64,000 nt of DNA from Camelus dromedarius (Eukaryota), in NCBI RefSeq assembly GCF_036321535.1, contig NC_087436.1:81904001-81968000 (forward strand). The letters are read 5' to 3'. The position numbers were made by a program, and so were the translations under genes. The first letter of the stretch is position 1, and every line of letters begins with the position of its first letter. The notes under the pieces are model-generated. The model saw only the letters and a list, made by a program, of their open reading frames with translations, was not told the origin of the DNA and made no database searches. This document shows positions 53,193-64,000 of the stretch, one piece after another.

Positions 53193-53412
53193 ACAATATG
53201 AAACACCCCTTGAAGGCAACTTAATTAATCAGGAGATCATGCTGAAACGACAAGAAGAAGAAATGATGCAGCTGCAAGCCAGAATGGCCCTTAGACAGTC
53301 CCGGTTGAGCCTGTATCCGGGAGACACGATCAAAGCTTCCATGCTTGACATCACCAGGGATCCCTTAAGAGAAATGGCCCTGGAAACAGCCATGACCCAA
53401 AGGAAACTGAGG
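53193..53412 (+). CDS. PTPN13: PTPN13 exon 10 (220 nt), coiled-coil/leucine-zipper-like segment
   Basis: tggcag|ACAATAT...CTGAGG|gtaagt; (R)QYETPLEGNLINQEIMLKRQEEEMMQLQARMALRQSRLSLYPGDTIKASMLDITRDPLREMALETAMTQRKLR; phase 2 to 0. The exact 5' boundary is discussed under findings. Confidence 0.92.
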
Positions 53413-53744
53413 GTAAGTTGACTCTCGGGTTACTGCATCTAAACTTTGTCTCATGGGGAGTTGTTAGGCAAAGTACTTTAAAAAATTCTGTGGGTATCCT
53501 AAAGTTGCCTGTAGGCGAAATTAAAATCTCATATTAGTTTCCATTGGTGTTAAATATCTTGTTGGTTGATATCAAAATAAACATTAGCTATTTTCATGAT
53601 TTCATTTTTAAAATAACATTAGATAGATTCAGGGCATCTTAACTGTATATTTTAAAAGTATGTTCATGATCCTTGAAGTCAACCGGCTTTATTCAGTATT
53701 GCAGGGGATTATTTTTTAATATTAAGAAATGTATTCCCCCACAA

Positions 53745-53970
53745 ACCATGAAGATCAGAGACAGAGAGTTCAAGGATGGTTCAGAAGCTCAAGAATGCTG
53801 TCAAGTGCATTCCATCTTTCTGCCCTGCCATTCTCAGAATTTTGGCAGTAGTTATCTTTGTGGTTAAAAGAAGACTGCTTTAGCTCCAAGCATCGTATCC
53901 TCACATTACAATACCCAAAGACAGGAAGGAACAAAACTGCATCTTATATCTGTGGGGGATTTTTCTTTTA
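53745..53970 (-). mobile_element. MaLR LTR fragment (MLT1J/K-like)
   Basis: ttcaaggatggttcagaagctcaagaatg...ttccatctttctgccctgccattctcag...agctccaagcatcgtatcctcaca. Confidence 0.6.
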
Positions 53971-54029
53971 TGTGTTTAGTTGGTTTATATTTCTTAAACA
54001 TATATCCTTTATACTTTAAGCACACAATG

Positions 54030-54490
54030 AATATAGTCTTTTCTCATGTAAAATATCCTGAACATTTTACAACTTTTATGATGTTAAGGGCTGTAAAGTA
54101 CTCCATTATGTGATTTTACTATGTACCATAATGTATTTAATCAGTTTCCAATTATTGGACATTTAAAATGTTTCTCGTTTGTTGTTGCTATTGCATGAAG
54201 TGCTCTGATGAACATCCTTATAGCTAAATCTTTGCAGATAACTTCCTCCAAGTGGAATAGCCAAGTCAACGGCAAATACCTTTTAAGACATTTTATATGT
54301 ACTGTCAAATTGCCCTTTAAAAATTTCTTCTATGCAGCTAATGATGGAGCAACAAAATTTTTTTTAAATTTCTTCCAATTTATTTTTCTTCTGATTATGC
54401 TTGTTTCACCATATTCTTACTGACTCTGATACTATTATTCTTTTTTTATCATCACCAATTTGAAAGGTGAGGCAGTATCTCATTTGTATT
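54030..54490 (-). mobile_element. Old L1ME fragment
   Basis: tactccattatgtg...atgtaccataatgtatttaatcagtttccaattattggacatttaa...gatgaacatccttatag. Confidence 0.7.
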
Positions 54491-56686
54491 GTTCTTTTAC
54501 AAATAATTCTTCAAAAGCAAAATAAATATTAGTAAAAGTGATAAAATCTGGGGTGAATTTTTTCTTTTTAGTTCTCATCAAGAAAGTATATTATCCTATT
54601 CTGTTTTGGTTTTAATTGCTACAAAGAATTATCTTAAAAGCATATTTGTATACCCTGAAATTGATAGAATTCAAATTTCCCTCATAGTTTGCTAAGGAGA
54701 AGAAACAGTATTACACAGTGAAAATTAAACTGAACTACAAATTAGAAGACTTGGATTCAATCTCTAATAATTCACTTTTTAATTTCTGGAAGTATGACTT
54801 TGTGTACATTTTTAAACCTCTTCGTGTCTCATTGTGCTAATTTTTAAAGTGTGAAATTGGGTTGTAATTTATAAGACAATGTCCAATTTTAAAGTTCTTA
54901 GATTCTAATAAAATACAACAATTTATTTTAAGCTAAAAGGAAGAAATTCAATAAGGATTCATCAATTTATCATTATAACCAATACATTTGTCAAAATTAA
55001 GCAGTAGGCAGGATATACAAAATAGCATGGGTCTCTAATAATTAAAGACACACATAAAACGTAAAGGGCACGTACATACATATATAGACACACATCTTTT
55101 TCCTAAACCATTGTTTCAGAGAGCTAATGCAGAACTTTGGCTCATTTAGAGTCATAAATGGTAGTCTGTACCTTTATAGTATACCACTGTTACGTGTCAT
55201 CTTACTAAAAACTTGTGTTTCCTTTCAGGCAATCAGATTCTGACTACTTCAAAAACATACTTTCTTCATCAGAGACATGCTATATCAATGACTAAAGAAT
55301 TTGAACTACTGGTCATTAAAGGGCCACATAGTGTTTTTTCTAAACAAAAGACAGGAAGGATATATTTTTGAGGCTGAAAAGGAATACTGGTATTGGGAAG
55401 AACAATTTCACAATTGAAGTAATGTTTTTTTCCCAAAACATAAGTTTTGGGTTAATTTTTTTCTGTATTACTTTTGGTGTAGACACGTTTTAAGGTTCAT
55501 ACCCTGTTGCCTTAGTTGATCTGTATCAGATTCTGTGTTTCTTCTACTGTTTCTGTTCTCATTTAAAATGTGTCCTGTTGGTTCGTTGAATATTAACAAA
55601 TGCTTAATGTTAAACTTTTACTTAACATGGTATCTGTCACATGTTCCACGCCCAGTTGATTAGATAGAATTCCCACATCAAGCAGCCTAATGAGCTATAT
55701 AGCGAAATGCAGAGAAGAAACCAACAAAAATAAAACTCCAGTAACCCCCATGAGTTCAAACACATGCATGCATAAGAGTGCACCCCCACACACACCCCAC
55801 CTGCCTTTGGCCTGGAGAGTATCCCTGTGTTCATTCTGCTTTTTGCCCATTTGGACATAATCTTTCAGTCTCTTCTGAATCCTGCTCCCACCTGGAGTCT
55901 TAACTTGTTTTAAGTTATCTCTTCAATCAGTTCTCCTTTCTGGGCAGAAACCCCTGGATATACAAAAAGTTAAGGGAGAGAACAGATTGAAAGGCAGTAA
56001 ATGCAAAGTATGGGCTTTACTTTCTCCGGCTTCTGAGTCCTCCCAACTCCTAAGGTACTGTTTTCTTACTAAAGGCAGCAGTGGGGGGCAGAGATTTGAT
56101 ACCTATACCATCCCTAGTTGTCACTAATTGGAACCAAAAAAGTACAGGGTTCCAAGAACATGATTACAGATGGGTATCTTTTTTTAATCACAAAGTAGAC
56201 GTTGTCCATTAACTATGACTTGTTTTAGGACAAATTGAATATCACTCTCTGAAATAATGAGATTCTGTTCAATCAGTTTACACATTAGCAATATTAAACC
56301 AAATCCTTATATGAGCTTGATAACTCTATGTTACTTTAATAATTGAGACTGCTAATTTTTTTGAGAGTGTGGGTCTACTTGGGGTCCAAAACATGAAAAA
56401 CTTGTAAAACAATATACAGCAAGGCTTTATTTTACATCACTGGTAGAAAACAAAGCTGAGGTAAAACTTTTTTTCACCCTTAGGAGTGAGGCACATTCCA
56501 TTCCTGTTCTTGGTAAATTCCACTGTACTTGCTTATTGAAAGTTTTTACATTTGTTTCACATCACCTAGTTCGAATACAGTGGTTTTACACGTAGTTTAT
56601 TATTATTATTATTACATTATTTTTATTTCAAAGAAAGAGCTGGAATAAATGATTGAAACTATTGATTCTGCTTATGTGATTCACAG

Positions 56687-56761
56687 AATTTCTTTGGCCC
56701 TGAGTTTGTGAAAATGACGGTTGAACCATTTATATCTTTGGATTTGCCGCGGTCTATCCTT
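56687..56761 (+). CDS. PTPN13: PTPN13 exon 11 (75 nt)
   Basis: cacag|AAT...CTT|gtaagt; NFFGPEFVKMTVEPFISLDLPRSIL; phase 0-0. Confidence 0.95.
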
Positions 56762-56885
56762 GTAAGTAATAAAACCACTTTGCGTCACTTTTAGAAAATA
56801 AATTCAGTAAAGGGTTTTTTTTTTAAAGTTGCAATTCTTATAATGTTCGCATTAATAAGCACCATTCGTTTTTTTTCAATTGTAG

Positions 56886-57060
56886 ACCAAGAAAGGGAAG
56901 AATGAGGATAACCGAAGAAAAGTAAACATAATGCTTCTGAATGGGCAGAGACTGGAACTGACTTGTGATACCAAAACTATATGTAAAGATGTATTTGATA
57001 TGGTTGTGGCCCATATTGGCTTAGTGGAACATCATTTGTTTGCTTTAGCTACCCTCAAAG
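56886..57060 (+). CDS. PTPN13: PTPN13 exon 12 (175 nt), FERM F1 lobe
   Basis: tgtag|ACC...AAAG|gtacca; TKKGKNEDNRRKVNIMLLNGQRLELTCDTKTICKDVFDMVVAHIGLVEHHLFALATLK(D); preceded by a 124-nt intron. Confidence 0.95.
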
Positions 57061-58187
57061 GTACCAAGACATTTTAAATTCAGGGTACACTATGGAAACT
57101 CGTTAATAAGACAGCTTCCTATGCTTGCTCTGCCTAACCTTGTTTTAGGGAATATTAACTCTGTGAATATGTCAGCATTGAGAAGTAGGAGTTAGGAACT
57201 CCCTTCCTTTTCCTAACTAGGTACATTATTTCAATAGCTGTATCTTTTTAGCATCTCCTGCACCTGACCATGAAGATTTTTTTTCTTTGGCATTGGCTAT
57301 ATAAAAATGATTTTAACTGTTATATTTTAAGGACCATTATTTTGCCCACATATGTATATACTCTAGAAAGCAGTACCCTGCTAATACAAATTTGAATATA
57401 TAGCCGGGCCCTATTTCTGAATCTCTGTATAAACTTCTTTAGCTTACAATCCTAGGAATATACAGTGTCTTTTTTAAGTGTGGTCAGTTCATGACTGAAA
57501 ATAAGTCATTTCACATATTTTTTAAGCATTATATTCACTGACCTCTGTGACATTCACGACCACAGAGGTCTCAGAACACAGCTGCAGTAGAAGCTGCTGC
57601 CGCTTATCAATTAGAATTGTTATAACAATAAGAAACCTTTGGAGTTGGGTTTTAATAAATATTTCTTTAATAAATTACCATATATATAAATTACTCTTCA
57701 ACTTTTCAGATTCCAGTTTACCTCAAAACTTAACTTTAAAAAACTTTGACAACAAAGCACAATTAATTACAATTGAAGGATCAAATCACCCTGAAACCTT
57801 GTAAGATCAGGATAATGCCATCTTTGTCATAAAAGAAATATATCTTTCAGCTACTTTTTTGGTCCTTATAAACTAATCATTTATTTTGTAGAGTCATCCA
57901 ATAAATTTTCAATTAGTACCTGTTGATACTACATTAATTATATAATTTTTATTAATTTTATTAATTATAATTTTAGACTAACCAGGCAATACTATCTATA
58001 CAAAAATATGTAATTAATCAGAATTTTTATTTAAATTACTACTAATTTCTTAAACATTCTGGATAAGTAAGATTTTATTGAACAATCTTTTAGCTGGAGA
58101 GAGTAAGTAATACTTAGGTGATGACATTAAAAATAAAATGATGATCATTGTTCCTTCTTGGTTTCAACTGGTAGCTTCGCTGTAACA

Positions 58188-58455
58188 AATAATAGCTAAT
58201 ATTTATTGAATGCTGACCATGTGCCACATGCTTTGAACTACCAAGTGTTTTATATCCATTATGTCATTTGACCTCTACAGCAAACCAAAATACCAGGACT
58301 TAGCACTATCCTGATTTTATAGACAAGAAAATTGATGTCTAGAAAGATTATATAATTCATTCAGTATCACACAGATAATAAATGATGTGACTAGGAGTTG
58401 AATTCAGGTCTATCTTCACAGCCATTATTTTTAAAAGACTGAACCATGTTGCCTC
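58188..58455 (-). mobile_element. MIR SINE
   Basis: aataatagctaatatttattgaatgctgaccatgtgcca...attttatagacaagaaaattga. Confidence 0.75.
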
Positions 58456-58612
58456 CTATCCGTATGTAGTGCCTCAGAATTCCCTGCCCTACTTCTCAGT
58501 AATCCTGTTTTATTCTCATGTAATCTGTTTTGTGCAAGCTTGACCAAAAAATGAAGAAAGTAAAAGAAAACATTAGCATATTTTTATCTCAGTGCTTCTC
58601 ATTCTGTTCTAG

Positions 58613-58766
58613 ATCATGAATATTTCTTTGTTGATCCTGATTTAAAATTAACCAAAGTGGCTCCAGAGGGATGGAAAGAAGAACCAAAGAAAAAGAGCAA
58701 AGCCGCTGTTAATTTTACTTTGTTTTTCCGAATTAAATTTTTCATGGATGATGTTAGTCTGATACA
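58613..58766 (+). CDS. PTPN13: PTPN13 exon 13 (154 nt), FERM
   Basis: tctag|ATCAT...ATACA|gtaagt; (D)HEYFFVDPDLKLTKVAPEGWKEEPKKKSKAAVNFTLFFRIKFFMDDVSLI(Q); phase 1 to 2. Confidence 0.95.
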
Positions 58767-59028
58767 GTAAGTACACAGGAGTTTTTGTATTTCTCTTTTT
58801 GGCCCCTGGTCTTTGGACCCTTGAGTTTACTGATACTGAGTTATTTGATTCTGATCAGAGATAAGGTCTTCTTTATCATAAAAGAAATATTTCCTTCAAC
58901 ATAGCTTATTAAATTCTTGTGCTTAATCACAAACCATCTTGGCAACTAAACTTATGCCAATAGTAAAAAATCACCCCGAGATTAAAGGTCGAAGCCTGCA
59001 TGTTTTGTGTGTGTGTTTGTTTTCCCAG

Positions 59029-59167
59029 ACATACTCTGACCTGTCATCAGTATTATCTTCAGCTGCGAAAAGATATCTTGGAGGAAAGGATGCACTGTGA
59101 TGACGAGACTTCTTTGTTGCTAGCATCCTTGGCTCTCCAGGCTGAGTATGGAGATTATCAACCAGAG
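59029..59167 (+). CDS. PTPN13: PTPN13 exon 14 (139 nt), FERM F2 lobe
   Basis: cccag|ACAT...GAG|gtagga; [46 protein letters not shown] (typical FERM-central LQAEYGDY motif). Confidence 0.95.
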
Positions 59168-59884
59168 GTAGGATTTTTTTTCTTCTCCAGGACCACCTTT
59201 GCAGTGGTGTTCTTATCCTCAGCATAATTAAAGAATAAACCTGCTTGAGGTGTTTGCTCTTTAGATCTGGAGATTTTTGAGGTTAGTTTGGTGCCTCAAA
59301 ATGACCAAGTTCTCCATGTACACTGGTTATTTAAAACCATAGTGTAAGATTTCTTTTTTTTTTTTTTCTGTTTGAAATTATCCTGTTTCAGAGTTCTAGT
59401 ATATTTAGCACTTATCCTTCCTTCTCCCCATATCTAACTAATAGATATTAGACATAAGGGTTACCAACCAAATCTGGATCAAAGGAGTCTTCCACCTTCC
59501 ACACAGATCCATGCAGTGACAGACTGAGAACCTAGCAGGGCTCACTGTATGGAGAACAGGTGTTCAAAGCCAAATGTTCCTGAAGGTAAGTGGACCTAAG
59601 AGAAAGCAAGAAGCAAGAGACTGCACCACTCAAGCAGCATCCTTCATGACATTAACCCTTAACTATAGTGACATTTGGCCTGTAATTGTCACTCTTCTCC
59701 TGAAGCTTGCCAAACAGTTCAGTCACTGAATAAAAGAGAAAGACTAAGGCATGTCCTCTAAAACTCATTCCTCCGAGAGAATTATAAATAGAAGTGCCTG
59801 ATCTCTTGGCTGAGGCAAGAACTTTAAGATATAAGGAAGAAGGCAAACAGAATTGCTTACTTACAAAGACACTCTCTTTTCTAG

Positions 59885-60037
59885 GTTCATGGCATGTCTT
59901 ATTTTAGACTAGAGCATTATTTGCCTCCCAGAGTGATGGAGAAACTTGATTTATCCTATATCAAAGAAGAGTTACCCAAATTGCATAATACCTATGTGGG
60001 AGCTTCTGAAAAAGAGACAGAGTTAGAATTTTTGAAG
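59885..60037 (+). CDS. PTPN13: PTPN13 exon 15 (153 nt), FERM F2 lobe
   Basis: ttctag|GTT...AAG|gtaagt; VHGMSYFRLEHYLPPRVMEKLDLSYIKEELPKLHNTYVGASEKETELEFLK; phase 0-0. Confidence 0.95.
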
Positions 60038-61264
60038 GTAAGTGTGAAAGATTACAAATGATAAACTTTGTATCTTTTTCAAAGCAAGAGATGTTGGAGG
60101 ACATACATTTAAAAGCTCAGATGCCAATAATTGATGCTATATGCATTATCTCATCTCATTTATTCCTAACTAAAACCATGGTATTTCAATTCTCATTTTG
60201 TAAAAGACGGAACTGAGGAAATGTATTTCCCAAAGTCAATGGCTGGTATGTGGAGCAAAACTGATTTCAACCTGTATCTATCTGGCTATGGATTATATGC
60301 TTTTATCCTATTTCATACTCTCAAAATCAAGATATATTAAAGAAGAAACAATTGGATTTTGTGACTATCTGGATAAGAGAGGCAAGTTCAAGCTGATTCT
60401 AGAATTGTTTTGCTGTGTTTTTTCTTAAAAGGCATAAAATTTAATCATATCATCTAAAAATGGTTTTTCCACTAATGCCAAGTAGTAGGGGAAGGGGGTT
60501 AGGAAAATTGATTTATAGTTCCAGTTCTGCCACCAGCTTCCTGTGAGACCTAAGATAAATAAGAGTGCATTTATGATCAGAAAAAATAGTATTATGTAAA
60601 CTTCCAGTGTGAATAGCAAAAATAAGATAATATTCTGTTGAGAAGAGAAACTTCAGACCATTCTCTTCTTTCCAGGACATAACAAGAGTATGCCTTAAAT
60701 TTGCTGTTCTATATTGAAGGGAGCCAAGTTTCCCAGCCCTGCAAATATCTATGAAGGGGTTTCATTCACAGACTTAAACCACCTGTAATCTAGGATTCAT
60801 GGTGGGAAAGGCAAGGTGGTTTGTTTTGTCTGAGCTTGCATTTAAAGACATTAAATTATGTGCTTTTTTTCCCTCAGTTATTACACTTTTATACTTGTAG
60901 GAAGTAAATAGCAAGTTATATTTTTATTAATAAAGGTAAACAGCAGACTAACACAGTGGAAAGAATTTGCATGGAAATTTTCAGTCAGTCTTGCATTTGA
61001 ATTCTTGTTTCAACCAGCTGGCGGAACTTGGACAATGAACTTAACCTCTCTGAGCTTCAATCTTCCTCCTTTAGGTACCGTGCTTAATGCATAGTAGGCT
61101 GTCCCTCTCCTTCTAATGATGTGTCCTGTTACTCCTTTTCTCTTTAGCCTTAGCATCTTTCTTCAAACCTGAGAATTTTTCTTTAACCTCATTAATACAT
61201 CTTTCAAAGGTTACCCTTCTGCTATATATCATACGGCCTTTGAAAAATTTTTGTATCTTTTTGT

Positions 61265-62730
61265 AAATCTGCTTTATTGAGGTATAGTTTACACACTATA
61301 AAATTCACCACTTTTAAATGTTCAATTCAGTGAGTTTTAAAAATATACAATCAGTTGGCAACCACCTCCACAAGTATTATAAAGAGTAAGGTTTCAAAAC
61401 TGTGGCCTACCTATTTTGTAAATAAAGTTTTATTGGAGCTTGACCATCTTCATTTGTTTCCATATTGTCTATATTTACTTTTACTTGACTACTTTACTAC
61501 AACAGCAAAGTTAAGTAGTTACAGCAGAGATCATATGACCCCCAAAGCCTAAAATATTTACTAAGGAGTTTGCCAACCCCTGATGTAGCGTATTTCCAAC
61601 ACCAGAAAGTTCCCTCATGTCCCTTTCCAGTCAGTCCCCTCCCCCGACTCCTAACCTCTGACAACCTCAGATCTGCTTTCTATCACCATAGTTTTTTCTT
61701 CTCTAGAGTTTCAGTTAAAGAATCATATATTTGAGAGTCTTCGTGTCTGGCTCTTTTCACTTAGAATAATACTTTTGAGATTCATCCATGGCATGCTATG
61801 TATAATAGTTTCTTTTTTATGGCTGAGTAGTTTTCTTTTGTACAGGTATGCACCGATTTGTTTATTTTTTCTTTAGTTGATGGACATAAAGCTTCTGTAA
61901 ACAGTCAAATGCACATTTTTGCATGAACATACAGTTTTTCTGTCTCTTGAGAGAGAGTAGATAACTTGAGTAGATAACTACCATTAGGTTTGCTGGGATC
62001 TATGGTAAGTGTGTGTTTAACTTTCTAAGAAACTGCCAAGTTGTTCTCAAGTGGTTGTACAATTTTACAGTACCACCAGTAATGTGAGATTTCCAGTTGC
62101 TTTACATCCTTAACAACACTTGATCTGGTTTTTGTTTTTGTTTTTTTTTTTCACTTTAGCTATTGAAATAGGTAAGTAGTAATATATCATTGTGGTTTTT
62201 AATCTATGTTTCCCTAATTACTATTATTTTGAGCATCTTTTCAGGTATTTATTTACCATTCATATATCTCCTTTGTTGAAGTATCTAATGACATCTGTTG
62301 CCCATTTTTGTGTATGATTATGTGATTTCTTTTTTTTTTTTGAGAAGTACGTGTTCTTTATATATTCTAGATGTTATTCCTTTATCCAATGTATATTTTA
62401 TATGTATTTATCTCCCAGTCTGTGGCTTGCCTTTAGGTTTTCCTATCACTGACTTTTGAAGAGAAAAAGTTTCTAGTGTTAATGTAGTTTCAGTTTTTTC
62501 TTCTGTGGTTCATATTTTTTATGTCCCATCTAAGAAATCTTTGTCTAACCCACAGTCATAAAGATTTTCTATATTTTATAATTTTTAGCTCCTGTATTTA
62601 AGTCTGTTATCCTTTTGGGGGTAATTTTTATATAGTGGGCAAAGTAAGGGTCAAGATTCATTTTCTTGGCATGTGAATATCTAGTTGTTCCAGCAACATT
62701 TGTTTAAAAGATTACCCTTTCCATATTAGA
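61265..62730 (-). mobile_element. L1MB/MC 3' region (~1.4 kb) with a nested MER58A
   Basis: gctttattgaggtatagtttacacactataaaattcacc...ttgagattcatccatg...aagaaactgccaa...ctagttgttccagcaacatttg. Confidence 0.8.
61388..61582. mobile_element. MER58A hAT MITE nested in L1
   Basis: ttttgtaaataaagttttattgga...caacagcaaagttaagtagttacagcagaga...aaagcctaaaatatttact...gtttgccaacccctg TIR. Confidence 0.8.
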
Positions 62731-62808
62731 TGACACTGATACAATTTCTGTATCTTTAAGTCATCTTTTGCCATGGTGCATTGCTATGTTATGGTATTGT
62801 TCCAACAG

Positions 62809-62991
62809 GTCTGCCAAAGACTGACAGAATACGGAGTTCATTTTCACCGAGTGCACCCTGAGAAAAAGTCGCAAACGGGAATACTGCTTGGAGTCTGTTG
62901 TAAAGGTGTCCTTGTGTTTGAGGTACACAATGGAGTTCGCACTTTGGTCCTTCGCTTTCCATGGAGGGAAACCAAGAAGATTTCTTTTTCC
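62809..62991 (+). CDS. PTPN13: PTPN13 exon 16 (183 nt), FERM F3 (PH-like) lobe
   Basis: aacag|GTC...TCC|gtatgt; VCQRLTEYGVHFHRVHPEKKSQTGILLGVCCKGVLVFEVHNGVRTLVLRFPWRETKKISFS; phase 0-0. Confidence 0.94.
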
Positions 62992-64000
62992 GTATGTCCA
63001 TTTTAACCTCTTTTGATTCTACATTTAAATAGTTGTTGTCAATTTCAAATGTAACATATTAATTGACTTTCCTTAAGTGACCTTTAGACCCTAGCATTCA
63101 GTAGGGCTTATATGTCTTAATACTATTTAACTCTCCTTTCTTAGTTGTAGGAAGTATTATTGCAATTTTATTTGCTTTGGGTTTTCTCAGGAGGTGATTT
63201 TTAGAAGAATGGTTAGCTGGTTATATGCACCATTAACTTTAGTTAAATTACAACTGAGTTGACTTCTCTGTTAATTCAGAACTTATTCTAGGGTACAAAT
63301 GCTTCTCACATGAAGAAAACCATCTAATGTATTTAAGATTGATAATTATCTTAATCCCAGTGAACTTTGTCTAGCTCAGTAATAGGTCCTTAACAGCAAC
63401 TGTATTTGAATCTCAGTGGTTCAGAAATTTATTGGATTTTATGAAGTAGCCACAGGACTTTTTACACTTTTAAGTTTTAGTGTATACTATCTATGGTGAT
63501 AAAGTTAGAAAAGCGATTTTTTTAGAAAATCATGTTTATGAAAGACAGTGAACTATAAAGGCATATTTTGATTTTGGACATAGTTGGAAAATCTGAACAT
63601 TGAAGGGTAGTTGGCAAACCCCAGAGGTAAATCAAAAATATGTTCAGGTAATTGTTTTTCTAATGGTATTCAGGGACTACGGACATCTTTAGTTTATATT
63701 TGGGCTGAAGTCTGGTCTCACTAGAACAATGTTTATAAGGATATAATATCAAGGTCCTAACTGACCCTGGATAATCTTCAACCTAGAGACCTTTGAAATC
63801 AGTTCTAGGCCTGATGGTTAGTTGGTTGGTTTCCTATAAAACCCAGTAGTCCCACTAAGATTACCAGATAATAATGTGTTCTCTCAGGAAAACCCAGACC
63901 ATCCTTATTTTCCCAAGATTGTCAAGACCAGGAAATTATCTAGGTTTAACTTAGCTCCCCATTGGAAGTGCCAGCAGAGCAAGTGCTTAGAGGAAACCTT

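Larger units (their letters stand above)
1..64000 (+). other. PTPN13: Internal part of the PTPN13 gene (intron 2 to intron 16, human numbering); start codon, PDZ and PTP exons lie outside the window
   Basis: 14 exons with canonical AG/GT boundaries and compatible phases translate to a continuous protein matching recalled human PTPN13 residues ~39-829 (KIND, linker, FERM). Confidence 0.97.

Noticed and set aside
59456..59661. 9-bp inverted repeat TAAGGGTTA/TAACCCTTA as piggyBac MITE ends
   Set aside because: Orientation is opposite to TTAA-CCC...GGG-TTAA termini and the match does not extend.
491..61552. Most 60-140 aa ORFs in the supplied track (e.g. 44413..44841, 39858..40232, 20988..21338)
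   Set aside because: Low-complexity F/L/S/I-rich translations, many overlapping repeats, with no recognisable domains; this is expected noise in AT-rich introns.
62992..63000. U12-type donor after exon 16
   Set aside because: GTATGTCC does not match the U12 consensus GTATCCTT; it is an ordinary U2 GTATGT donor.
1..64000. A novel multi-gene system, CRISPR array or prokaryote-type operon
   Set aside because: The window is explained by one spliced mammalian gene plus transposon-rich introns; no regularly spaced repeat-spacer array or long unexplained ORF was seen.

Overview
Mammalian genomic DNA, most likely camelid (Vic-1-type tRNA-derived SINEs and young cetartiodactyl-type L1 3' ends). The whole window lies inside PTPN13 (FAP-1/PTPL1/PTP-BAS) on the + strand. 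It holds 14 consecutive GT-AG coding exons, equivalent to human exons 3-16, which splice into one open frame of 2375 nt (about 792 codons). These encode most of the KIND domain, the linker and most of the FERM domain. Introns are AT-rich and filled with L1, L2, MIR, LTR and hAT MITE relics. Most ORFs in the supplied track are spurious. No novel multi-gene system, RNA gene or CRISPR array is supported. The best second-look items are: an 86-nt inverted templated insertion in intron 3; a candidate in-frame 6-nt microexon in intron 3; an apparent 3-nt acceptor shift at exon 10; candidate poison exons in the FERM introns; and exon junctions that regenerate 5' splice sites. Comparisons to human PTPN13 and to repeat families are from memory, not from a database search, and repeat boundaries are approximate.
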